From contig OZ242186.1 of assembly GCA_965205675.1 (NCBI GenBank), forward strand, positions 1,792,001-1,856,000: 64,000 nt of DNA, in the 5' to 3' direction. The notes below the pieces were generated by a model. The model worked only from the letters and a program-made list of their open reading frames with translations. It was not told the origin of the DNA and made no database searches. Positions 9,912 to 20,198 of this stretch are shown here, in pieces (position 1 is the first letter of the stretch; each line of letters opens with the position of its first letter). This DNA comes from Nitrosopumilus sp. (GTDB lineage: Archaea > Thermoproteota > Nitrososphaeria > Nitrososphaerales > Nitrosopumilaceae). The position numbers were made by a program, and so were the translations under genes.

Positions 9912-10199
9912 AAACAAGTAAGATTTTAACGGGTCTAAATATCTGTCTAGATCTAGTTTTTGACATGTTTTTTATTGGTTTGACGTTTTTAGATTATGCA
10001 AGATAGTTCCAACATACAATACAAGGTTAGTATATGCATTTGAAACCCATGCCGATAAAATTAAAGCAATTCCATAAGATTACTTTATGGTTTTGGAATG
10101 ATATGTTGGCGATGCTAATAGAAATTCAATTACTGATTATATAGAAACGAACAAAGGATTGTAAACATCTGTACAGGATTTGTAAAAATATAATTTACA

Positions 10200-10335
10200 A
10201 CATCAAATTTGAACTTTGTTACTCAAATATTCAGAAATTGCCTTGTTCATTATTGCAAACATTGCATAATATTCTGATACCAACAACTCATACTTGCTTA
10301 TCTTCCATTATTGTTTTATCATGTTCAAGTATAGT
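10200..10335 (-). pseudogene. short remnant of the second IS630 type
   Basis: Recognisably similar to about 23978-24110. Confidence 0.5.
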
Positions 10336-10919
10336 AATTGACTGTAATAGTAAAATCACCTCAAAAAAGACTGAATAAAAAATCTAGAGTGCGATGAATT
10401 TAAAACATACTAATTTGTCCAGTTAATTCCTAGATTTTAGAAAATAACTGGACAAATGAAAGCCAAAAAGAGAAAATCTAAGAGGCTTGGAAAAATGGAT
10501 CATACCACCATGTGTTTGCTGGGTATGTGGAATTTAGAAATTCCAATACTTGAATAGAACACCAATCAAACCAACTATGATTAGTATTTCAAATATTCCA
10601 ATTCTGAATATCTGAAACTTGCCAACTCTTTTAATCCATTTTACTGCAAAATTATCCTCAGTGTTGATCTTAGTAGAGTTTTGCATCTGTTATCAGTCCA
10701 CCTTTGTAATATAAAAAATATCCTAAAAATCTCATAATTTATTATGTGGTGTATTTTTTTTCATTTCTTTTTCAAGTCTTCTAGCCTGATTAATGCCCAT
10801 ATATGCTACAGTGAAATTTTTTGCGTGAGGTCTAAGAGATCGCTTTGTTTTATTCACTGTAAAATCATCTTTTTGATAGTATGATTGTAATCTATGACGT
10901 AGTACTTTTGATACCCCTA

Positions 10920-12011
10920 TACCCCAGTTCATAAGTCTTTTCAATTTATTGTTCTTGCAAAATACTGATACATATTCAAATTGAATTTGTGCGTTCTAAA
11001 ATATTCCATAACTGTATACCTCATTTCATGAATAGATTCATAAAATTCTGATTCAACATTAACATGTTTGCACTGTCTCCAAACCTCTTCAATCATACTC
11101 AAATGCGGGGAGCCTCTCGGAAGATATGCCAGTTTGACATCTTTGTTTTTACGCAGATATTTTTTTACATCATTAGCTTTGTGTTGCGGCGCTCTATCGA
11201 CGATAACAAATATTTTTCCAAATTTTCTACGAGCTGCTTCCAAATAATCCATAAATGCAATTGAATTAAATTTTTCATACGATCTAAAAAAACTTTGATT
11301 ATCATCATTTCCATAAACCAAAAATCTTTGATGTGATCCTCTCCAACGTACAATCATTCGTTGATGTGTATCTGTCCAGTATTTTTTACCAAGACGCACA
11401 TCGTCTACAAATACTGATTCGTCTTGGATAAATACTGTAAAACCTTTCTTTTTTGCCTTTTCTATGCGTGAAATGATGCGGTTTTTCCACTTGCGGCATG
11501 CATCCTTGGATGCGGCACGTACATGTACCTTTTGTGGAACCTTTGGTTTTAGATTCCATTTATGCATCAAACGACGCACATGAGTGATATGATATGTAAT
11601 GCGTGTTCTGTAAAATATGAATTGTATCAGTTTCTTTGGAGTCATGCCGTCTGAAATTTTCTTAAATGCACGCTCTATTTTTTGTAATTTTTTGTGTGAA
11701 ATTAATGGCGGACGGCCAGAACGAGGGAGATCCTCCAGGCCCCCTCCAATCCGTATTTTTCAAATGAATCAAGCCAATTCCTTACAGAATTATATGTACA
11801 AAACATTTGGTTGGCAGTTTCAGCAATTGTGGATTCGTTGATTTTAATCTTACACATTGCATGCAGTCTTTCCTTTTTCTTACCGTACTTTTCTTTTTTG
11901 TAGGCCTGGAGTAACTCGTCATTTGTGATGTCCATGAAATTATTTCTAACTACTGATCAAAAAGTATTGCTATTTGTTTTGAAAAATTGCAAAGAATTAT
12001 GCTCCGAGGTA
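10920..12011 (-). mobile_element. IS630-family element, frameshifted copy
   Basis: TA flanks, TIRs TACCTCGGAGCATAA / TACCCCAGTTCATAA; ORFs 11702-11935 + 10941-11645 (QDES, DRAPQH, IEEVW). Confidence 0.9.
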
Positions 12012-12105
12012 TACATATTCCAGTTTTCTATTTTTGTTGAAAATTTGATAATATCCCGAAACATTTTTTATTTTTGATATATTTTCTTTGTTTAATTTTT
12101 TCATC

Positions 12106-12245
12106 TTAACCAATCTTAAACATATTCGTATTGCATTTAGTACACTTGCCTTTAGTTGCAGGTCGCCCGTTCTTCATCTTTGTTTTAGTTGCGTTCTTCA
12201 TGGTTTTTTTTTTGATTTGCATTTTACACAGTAGCCAACAGTCAT
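12106..12245 (-). pseudogene. DUF5679-like small zinc-ribbon protein, frameshifted at an A10 run
   Basis: MTVGYCVKCKSKK / MKNATKTKMKNGRPATKGKCTKCNTNMFKIG. Confidence 0.6.
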
Positions 12246-12287
12246 GTTTTTTCAATGGTATTGTGATCTAAAAGGATTATGGTGTAT

Positions 12288-12614
12288 CTATGATAATACA
12301 ACGTCAGTAGATATGTTCAGATTTCCCAATACTGTCAATAGTGCCCTTAGTTGTGATTGTCCTTTTGGTAATACTAGACCGCTTGTAAACTCATTGATGT
12401 TTTGTGTTGTTTTTCCAGCGGTGTTTATCGTTCCTATTGAATTAATAATTTCAAACCATTCATCATTTGATCCTTTTGATTCTAGTCCTATCTTGATGTT
12501 TTTTGGACTTGTATCTACTATCTGGTTTTTAGAGAAGACTAGATTTTGCGGTTCATCATGCTTTGTTTCCCAACCCCAAATAACCATCAACACTCTTTGA
12601 TGCTTTGAAATCAT
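12288..12614 (-). CDS. hypothetical protein, probably N-terminally truncated by the adjacent IS
   Basis: 108-aa ORF abutting the IS5 remnant. Confidence 0.35.
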   Translation of the reverse strand: MISKHQRVLMVIWGWETKHDEPQNLVFSKNQIVDTSPKNIKIGLESKGSNDEWFEIINSIGTINTAGKTTQNINEFTSGLVLPKGQSQLRALLTVLGNLNISTDVVLS

Positions 12615-12622
12615 TTCTGATT

Positions 12623-13459
12623 CTATTGCATTGCAATCATTTTATTGTACAGACAAACTTTCATTTTCAATTCATGAATCATGTTTTCTCTCTTGTGCGA
12701 TGTCACATGCTCTCCAAACATTCTTTTGAATACAGAGAATGCTCCCTCTACAATCCATCTATCCCCATAGCTTACGCTGAGCTTCCATAGATCCAAGTTA
12801 TACAATTGTGCCAAAACAGACTTTCTCCGAGGATAACAATCAGTTACAACTGATGAGTTTTTTCTTGTTTTAATTGCAGGTAGAATATCATTATCATAAT
12901 ACAGATATGAAAAATTATCCTTTGTATCATATGCACCATCAGCCAAAGTTTTAGTGACATTGCCAAACTGTTTTGATTGCTCAACTAGCGATATGAAATG
13001 TTTTGAATCATGTGACTTGTCATCTGTAATATCAATCCCTGTGATCTGTTTAGATTTCACATCTACTGCCCAACATGAATTTTAAGAAATCCTCTTCTCT
13101 TCTGCCATTTCTGTCTCATCCACTCACCTCTGTCTGCAACCTTGATTCCAGTTGAGTCTATTGCAATGACAATGTCTTTTCCTAGTTTTGGATTCATCTT
13201 GATGTCAAGTTTGTTGACACGTTTCCAAATGGCAGAATATGTGGGAGTCTTTGTTTTGGATTGGAGGTGTGATTTTATCAGACCTTCTGTTTGTCTGAAT
13301 GGAAGATGCAAATAGAGATGACAGTATCCTAGTGCCTCCATGAAGGATTCGGGATAGACAAATCGATGACCTTCCTTTTTGTGATTCATCTCTTTTAGTT
13401 CCATACTCCATGATTCCATTGCGTCAAAGGACAACATGATTTCTCCACGTCTAACTAGT
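12623..13459 (-). mobile_element. IS5-family (IS903/ISH1-like) transposase pseudogene
   Basis: IAIDSTGIK..GEW, KIHV, ADGAYDT, RWIVEGAFSVFKR; frameshift near 13065; 5' end cut by IS at 13460. Confidence 0.8.
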
Positions 13460-14524
13460 AGACCTCTTGCGTAATTAGACATATTTTACCATATTACACA
13501 AATTCATTCACAACAAGATCCAAAGCTAAGAACAACCTAACACATTTCATGTTAACATACAAGCAACTCTCAAAAAAGCCAAGATAATTTCTCTCTTTTA
13601 CTGGAGTGGCCAGGCAGCACTTTGATGTGATTCTAAAGGATGTCAGAAAGAATCACCGTATAGAAGAAAAGAAGAGACTATCCAAAGCAAAGAGAAAAAG
13701 AAGTATCGGAGCTGGGCGAAAGTTTGATTTGAGTCTTGAAGACCAGCTTGTAATGTTGTTTGTTTACTATCGGATGTACCTGACATGTGAATTGACAGGA
13801 TATCTGTTGGATTAGACCAGAGCAACGTCTACAGAAACATCAGATTTAGAGCCTGCAGTAAGAAAAACAGTTCCTATTCCTTCAAAACTATACTCTGATT
13901 CCAAAAAAATGATGTACAGCAACTGCAACTGTTCTTTCCTGAATTAATTGCAATGACTGATGGTACTGAACAACCAATCCCAAGACCCCAGAACAAAAAG
14001 AAAAGAAAGACTCACTATTCAGGCAAAAAAAACACACAATAAAAAACCAAATCACCATAAACCAGAAAGGTGAGATAATCCACAAACCCCCACATTCTCC
14101 AGGTAACATGATTATGCGATACTGAAAATCAGACATCCAGAACTGCCCGAAGATGTGATGATATTTTATGACCTTGGGCATTTGGGAGTGGAAAAAGATT
14201 TTCCAGAACAGACAAGCATTCTACCATACAAGAAAAAGAAAGGAAAAAACTGACCATACATCAAAAGGAATGGAACAAGATACAGTCAAGAATCCGAATA
14301 AAAGTAGAACATATTATCTCTCAAATCAAAAAGTTTAGGATTAATTCTGAGACATTTAGGAATAGATTGTGCAGGTATGATGCAATAAGTGACATCGTAT
14401 GTGGAATTGTGAATTTCAAGACAAGATGGAAGCAAGAGCTTGTTGTGATTCCATAAGATTAGAAATTATTTGAAATTAAATTCAATGAAAGATAAGATTT
14501 TGTTTGTAATTACGCAAGAGGTCT
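13460..14524 (+). mobile_element. second copy of the ISL2-like IS5 element, multiply frameshifted
   Basis: Same TIRs and near-identical sequence to 7158-8229. Confidence 0.85.
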
Positions 14525-14652
14525 AATGAAATGAATATCCTATAAAATCTGTTATTTTGGTAATTCTGATATTACCTTAGTACAACTTTTGATCAGTTTG
14601 TATACAAAATAATCACTAAGGTATTATAGTATGTAATTTTCTATTTCTCTAC

Positions 14653-15501
14653 ATGCCAGAAGAAATTCCAGAGAGAATGTGGCTGCCATTATTAATTTTA
14701 GAAACTACTGGTGACTTACATTCGAAAACAAAATTCCAAAAAATTGCATTTCTGACACAATACGAATCAAAATTTGACGTATATGATTTCATTAAACATC
14801 ATTATGGTCCATATTCTGATGGTCTTGATTTAGACACAGTATGTTATCCTTCATTGATTACTCAAACTACTTCTCAATTGTATTATGCACCAAGTAGACA
14901 TTACTATTCTTATTACATTACAGAACAAGGAAAAAATATTTTATCAGAATTAAAACAAAAAATACAACCAGAAATCCTTCAAATAATGGTTGACAAAATT
15001 AAAGAAATTAATGAAAAACCATTATGCGAATTACTTGAAGAAGTTTATGAAAAATTTGCTCTAAAGAAAGATGATTCTATACAACTTGAATTACAAGTTA
15101 AAGAAGAATTAATGAAAGTAATGCCTCCAATTAATCATAGCTATACAAAATTTGGAAATAGACAAACTACTTTTGTTTTAGGTATTTTAGAAGCCATTGA
15201 CAAAATTCTGTCAAAATCCCAAACAGAAAATACCGTGCAAAAAGGAGTTATTTTTAATTTATCAAAAGAAATTATTCAACGATGCAAAGATTTAGCAAAA
15301 GATGTTATTCCTCCTACCAATTCTGATTTCTTACGTCCACAATTTTTAGAAATACATGATCTTTATAGCTATCTTATTCAATACTGTGAAAATAGAAATA
15401 TCGTTCAAGATCCTATGTCACAACCATTAGATGAAATACTAAACGAGGATGAAGCATTACGTCTGTCTCAAGCACTGGAAGCAATAGAACTTCCATCTTA
15501 A
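14653..15501 (+). CDS. SocA/DUF4065(Panacea)-like domain protein with helical C-terminal extension
   Basis: TKFQKIAFL...YDFIKHHYGPYS...YYITEQGK motif set. Confidence 0.6.
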   Translation: MPEEIPERMWLPLLILETTGDLHSKTKFQKIAFLTQYESKFDVYDFIKHHYGPYSDGLDLDTVCYPSLITQTTSQLYYAPSRHYYSYYITEQGKNILSELKQKIQPEILQIMVDKIKEINEKPLCELLEEVYEKFALKKDDSIQLELQVKEELMKVMPPINHSYTKFGNRQTTFVLGILEAIDKILSKSQTENTVQKGVIFNLSKEIIQRCKDLAKDVIPPTNSDFLRPQFLEIHDLYSYLIQYCENRNIVQDPMSQPLDEILNEDEALRLSQALEAIELPS

Positions 15502-16082
15502 CTGTCCTTGATACAAACGCTTGTCTTTTCTATTCGATTAATCATAGCGTAACAAAATCAGGAAGAAAAATTCCTATAAAATTAAAGAATTCTGAACCTG
15601 TAAATCGCTATCTTACACCAAAAATTTCAGAGAATTCAATTTATGTCATAGAAACTGTTAATCGAGAAACTACAGGAAAAATTTGGGATGAACTATCAAA
15701 AATTGGTTCTAGTCTTTCATTTCAAGCATCAACAATCCACAAATTGGTTCAGTTATCTTCTTCAAATTTTAACAAATTAACTCAAAATCAAATCCATCCT
15801 GATGATCTATCTCTTCTTTCTGATGTCAAAAACATGTATGCAACAATTTGGAGTGACACTGGAAAAAATGAAAAAAAGAAAAAATGGGCACAAATAAAAA
15901 AAACTACCATAGATAAAGGTCCTCCAAGTGGACCTGATCTAGATATTTTAGCAACAACTGCAAAATTGGCGCAAGATGAAATTGTAGAATTACTAACGTT
16001 TGACAATGATTTTATTTTATTTGCAGATGAAATATTGAGCGAATTTGGAATTTCCATCAAAAATGGATGGTTACTAGAATGA
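15453..16082 (+). CDS. PIN-domain (VapC-like) ribonuclease; true start unclear
   Basis: Frame of the 15744 ORF is open from 15453 and contains TVLDTNA, NRET, PDLDIL, LLTFDNDF acidic PIN motifs. Confidence 0.65.
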   Translation, partial: SITSVSSTGSNRTSILTVLDTNACLFYSINHSVTKSGRKIPIKLKNSEPVNRYLTPKISENSIYVIETVNRETTGKIWDELSKIGSSLSFQASTIHKLVQLSSSNFNKLTQNQIHPDDLSLLSDVKNMYATIWSDTGKNEKKKKWAQIKKTTIDKGPPSGPDLDILATTAKLAQDEIVELLTFDNDFILFADEILSEFGISIKNGWLLE

Positions 16083-16149
16083 TCGATCAAATTTCCCTCC
16101 TAAAATAACTCTAAACTATCTGAATTCTCACTAAAGTTAAATTGAATAT

Positions 16150-16422
16150 TTATGAATAATTTTCTACAAGATCTGAAAAATATTCTATAATATCATTCAC
16201 TAATAACTCATATTCAGGATTAGAAGAACTGGATTGAACCATCATCTTGCCATTTTTGTAATATGTGATCATAATTTTACCATTTGGAGTATCAACTTCT
16301 AAAGCTTCTTGGGTGCCAAGTTGAATAGATCTGTTATTCAGTCTATGCCTTTCTTTTAGAAATCCTTTGAGATTATGAAATTCACTTTCTCTAACATTTG
16401 GACAAACATGATATGACTTCAA
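16150..16422 (-). CDS. small protein with TBP-like / DUF3378-like motif
   Basis: IMITYYKNGKMMVQ motif. Confidence 0.45.
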   Translation of the reverse strand: MKSYHVCPNVRESEFHNLKGFLKERHRLNNRSIQLGTQEALEVDTPNGKIMITYYKNGKMMVQSSSSNPEYELLVNDIIEYFSDLVENYS

Positions 16423-16565
16423 AATAGTGATGATGTATTGTCTTGATTAGTTATTAACATTTAACGAAACTTTGTAGATCGATATAGTTGTGGGACAAAT
16501 TTAATCCCCAAAAATGGTTCAAGCCTTTACGGATTCAGTCATAATCTTTTAAATTTAACAGAATA

Positions 16566-17645
16566 TTGTTTTATTTTGTGAAGTTTGTTATTTTTGCATT
16601 AATTCCATTAATCCTCTCAATAGGAATTGTTCCTGCTTTATCATCTGATTTTGTTCCAGAAGCTAATGCTGCAAAGTCCAAAGGGAATTCTCTGACTGAA
16701 ATTGGTTCAAAAAAAGTTTGTGGGGATAGATTATGCTCAGAAATTTCTGGAACAAAAAATGTCTCTCCTTCAATGATCATAAAATCTGAAAAGAAATTGT
16801 TTGCATCTGCAATGGATTACACAATTGCAGGACCTGAAATAGATCCTGAAAAAGGATATGCAGTAATTGAAATTGGTGATGGTCTTTACTGGCTAACTGA
16901 TGGAATGTATCAATTAATGTTCTTAACAACAGGAGAAGGAGTAATCTTAGTTGATGCTCCTATGGGAATGGGAACAAAAATTCAGCAAGCCATATCTGAT
17001 GTTACTTCTGAAAAAGTAACTCATTTCATTTACTCTCATATTCATAAAGATCATGTTGGCTCTGCAAGTTTACTTCCTGCTGATACAGTCTACATTTCCC
17101 ATATTGATACTGCTGAACATTTGATGATGAAAAATGATCCTCAACGTCCAGTTCCAACTGTAACTTTTCATGATGATTTTACTTTGGTGGTAGGTGATCA
17201 AATTTTGGAATTATCTTACTTGGGACCATTTCATTCAAAAGGTGATATTGTGATTTATTCTCCTGCTCACAAAACTATCATGGCAGTTGATTTGTTTCAT
17301 CCAAATGCAGCACCATTCCAATTCATGGGAATTACAAGAGATGTAGGTGAGCATATTGCAGTTCATGACAAACTTTTAGAAATTGATTGGGATGTAATTG
17401 TATCTGGCCATGAACCAATTTTAGGAACTCCTGAACATCTAAAATTTAACAAAGAATTCACCTTGGCAGTTTTAGATAATGCAATAATTGCAATGCAAAC
17501 AACGCAGTCAAGTGCAGATTACTTTGGAGATTTGGCAAACAAATGTGCTGAATTAACTGTTGAACAATATTCAGATCTAAAAGACATTGAAGTTTATCCT
17601 GTAGAAAACTGCATTACAATGGTTTTCTTTGCCATGATTGACTAA
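16566..17645 (+). CDS. exported MBL-fold metallo-hydrolase
   Basis: Signal peptide, KVCGDRLC N-motif, HIHKDH, H..D..H metal ligands. Confidence 0.85.
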   Translation: MFYFVKFVIFALIPLILSIGIVPALSSDFVPEANAAKSKGNSLTEIGSKKVCGDRLCSEISGTKNVSPSMIIKSEKKLFASAMDYTIAGPEIDPEKGYAVIEIGDGLYWLTDGMYQLMFLTTGEGVILVDAPMGMGTKIQQAISDVTSEKVTHFIYSHIHKDHVGSASLLPADTVYISHIDTAEHLMMKNDPQRPVPTVTFHDDFTLVVGDQILELSYLGPFHSKGDIVIYSPAHKTIMAVDLFHPNAAPFQFMGITRDVGEHIAVHDKLLEIDWDVIVSGHEPILGTPEHLKFNKEFTLAVLDNAIIAMQTTQSSADYFGDLANKCAELTVEQYSDLKDIEVYPVENCITMVFFAMID

Positions 17646-17741
17646 GCTGCGTCCATTTTTGACCCCAAAAACGATTTGAATCTATAATTATGAAATAATA
17701 GGCACGATTTGCTTTTTCATTATTAATATTTTCTATACAAT

Positions 17742-17856
17742 TGAGACTTGGGCATAATGATTTACAAAAATAAAATCTAATTTCATTCTAAATTCTCTAA
17801 CAGCAAAGCATTCTCTTTACAGTTCTTGGATTTTCTGCTCCAATTATACAGTTGTA
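17742..17856 (-). repeat. 3' end of a DDE IS, inverted copy of 18841-18955
   Basis: 115-bp reverse-complement match. Confidence 0.85.
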
Positions 17857-18432
17857 TACCTCGGAGCATAATTCTTTGCAATTTTTCAAAACAAATAGCA
17901 ATACTTTTTGATCAGTAGTTAGAAATAATTTCATGGACATCACAAATGACAAGTTATTCCAGGCCTACAAAAAAGAAAAAAATATTCACAAAAAAACAAG
18001 ACTGCATGCAATGTGCATTATCAAAATCAACGAATCCACAATTGCTGAAACTGCTAACCAAATGTTTTGTACATATAATTCTGTAAGGAATTGGCTTGAT
18101 TCATTTGAAAAATACGGACTGGAGGGCCTGGAGGATCTCCCTCGTTCTGGCCGTCCGCCATTAATCTCACACAAAAAATTACAAAAAATAGAGCGTACAT
18201 TTAAGAAAATTTCAGACGGCATGACTCCAAAGAAACTGATACAATTCATATTTTACAGAACACGCATTACATATCATATCACTCACGTGCGTCGTTTGAT
18301 GCATAAATGGAATCTAAAACCAAAGGTTCCACAAAAACTACATGTACGTGCCGCATCCAAGGATACATGCCGCAAGTGGAAAAACCGCATCATTTCACGC
18401 ATAGAAAAGGCAAAAAAGAAAGGTTTTACAGT
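17857..18432 (+). mobile_element. IS630-family element, 3'-truncated by a MITE
   Basis: Left TIR TACCTCGGAGCATAA; ORF 17933 nearly identical to 46991-47989 up to KGFTV. Confidence 0.85.
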
Positions 18433-18572
18433 AGACCTCTTGCGTAATTATAGAGATTTTTTCTCAAATTTTGTATTTTAACAGAATTCATACCTGAAAA
18501 TTCAAATTTCTCAACCAATTTGAAAAATCCTGCAGCAAAATTCACGCCTAGAAATAATTACGCAAGACGTCT
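18433..18572 (+). mobile_element. 140-bp MITE sharing TIRs with the ISL2-like IS5 element
   Basis: AGACCTCTTGCGTAATTA...TAATTACGCAAGACGTCT; second copy at 30864-31002. Confidence 0.85.
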
Positions 18573-18955
18573 ATTATATCAGTTTAGTGATGAGAGACAT
18601 TTGAGATTGATTTGTCCTATCAAAATATATCCATCAACACCACCAGAGCGAATCAAACTTGCAGATTTTTATAATTCTGAACAAGGTCAAGAGTTATACT
18701 CACAAAGAAAAGTTTCGATTGAACCTTTATTTGAAATATTCAAAGATACGTTCAACATTAGAACTGTACATGTGAAAGGATTTGACAACGTGAAATCATT
18801 TGGATTGGTTTGCGTGTTGGTGTATCAACTTGCAGTATATTACAACTGTATAATTGGAGCAGAAAATCCAAGAACTGTAAAGAGAATGCTTTGCTGTTAG
18901 AGAATTTAGAATGAAATTAGATTTTATTTTTGTAAATCATTATGCCCAAGTCTCA
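18573..18955 (+). pseudogene. C-terminal fragment and right end of a DDE transposase IS
   Basis: LYSQRKVSIEPLFEIFKDTF...KRMLCC; homologous fragment at 48066-48314. Confidence 0.7.
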
Positions 18956-18982
18956 CTTAGTTAATCAAAATTAGGCATGAAA

Positions 18983-19057
18983 TGGGCCCACGGGGATTTG
19001 AACCCCGGATCTTCGCCGTGTAAGGGCGACGTCATAACCGACCTGGACTATGAGCCC
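18983..19057 (-). tRNA. tRNA-Val(TAC)
   Basis: GGGCTCA/TGGGCCC acceptor, TCGCC-CTTACAC-GGCGA anticodon arm, TTCAAAT T-loop. Confidence 0.95.
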
Positions 19058-19136
19058 AGAAACCTACTCTGTTAAAATCCATTTAAACTTTGAGACAAGA
19101 GAAAATCTAAAAATTTGATTAAAAATCAATAGAATC

Positions 19137-20153
19137 ATGAATATTTTTAGTTTTTTTTCTAGTCCAATTGGATTGGGTCATGTGACTAGAGATATTGCAA
19201 TTGTAAATAATTTTAAAAATATTTCAACTAATTTTATTACAGGTAGCAATGCTGCAAAAATTCTAGAAAAATTAGATTACAATGTACAAGATGTATACAA
19301 CCCACCTTCATTTATTGTACAAAATGGTACATTAAAGAATCCAGCAAGATGGTTGTGGAATTATTACAAATATTACAAAGATTGTAAAAATATTTCACAA
19401 AATATTATTCAAAAAACTAATCCAGATTTATTAATTAGTGATGAAGATTTTGCATCACTAACAGTTGCACAAGAAAGCAAAATTCCAACAGTATTGATTA
19501 CAGATGTGTTAGAGACTCATTTCACTAAAGGAATAGCATCATTAATTGAGAGAGAAATGAATAAATCAATGCAAGAAATAATTAAGAAATGCGATATTGT
19601 AATACTTCCAGAAAACGGTGATGATAAAGATAACATCAGAAGAACAGGACCAATTGTTAGGAAAACAAATCACACACGAGAAGAATTGAGAGAAAAATTT
19701 TCATTTACAAAAAAGACTATACTAATATCCATAGGTGGAACAGATGCAGGGTTATTTTTAATTGAAAAAGCATTAGATACAATATCAAAAATTAATCAGG
19801 ATATAGAAATAATTCTAGTTTCTGGTCCATCAGTAAATAAAGAATTCAAAGATGTAAAAAACTTAGGATTTGTAGATAATTTACATGAATTAATTTTTGC
19901 AGCTGATGTACTAGTATCATTAGCAGGAAAATCTACAATAGATGAGGCTGATGCTTATGGAACTCCTGCAATATTCATACCAATAAAGGGACATTTTGAA
20001 CAAGAAGATAATGCAAAAGAGCACGGATTTGTTTTTGAAGATATTAACAGATTAAAAGAATTAATTTTAGAAAAATTAGAAGAGAAAAGAAATCAAATCA
20101 ACACAAATGGTGCTAAAATTGCATCAGATATTATTAAAAAATTAATGAATTGA
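19137..20153 (+). CDS. GT28/MurG-like glycosyltransferase
   Basis: GLGHVTRD, ISIGGT, GKSTIDEA, GHFEQEDNA. Confidence 0.85.
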   Translation: MNIFSFFSSPIGLGHVTRDIAIVNNFKNISTNFITGSNAAKILEKLDYNVQDVYNPPSFIVQNGTLKNPARWLWNYYKYYKDCKNISQNIIQKTNPDLLISDEDFASLTVAQESKIPTVLITDVLETHFTKGIASLIEREMNKSMQEIIKKCDIVILPENGDDKDNIRRTGPIVRKTNHTREELREKFSFTKKTILISIGGTDAGLFLIEKALDTISKINQDIEIILVSGPSVNKEFKDVKNLGFVDNLHELIFAADVLVSLAGKSTIDEADAYGTPAIFIPIKGHFEQEDNAKEHGFVFEDINRLKELILEKLEEKRNQINTNGAKIASDIIKKLMN

Positions 20154-20198
20154 TAATCAAATGCTTAATAGATGGCTATTTGATTCTGATAGAGTACT

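Noticed and set aside
10732-10944. Accessory gene downstream of IS630 (also 46806-46994)
   Set aside because: Only the first ~8 codons are shared and come from the IS end; the rest is read-through into unrelated flanks.
13460-13482. Start (MSNYARG) of the IS5 transposase ORF 13063-13482
   Set aside because: Encoded by the TIR of the neighbouring IS; chimeric.
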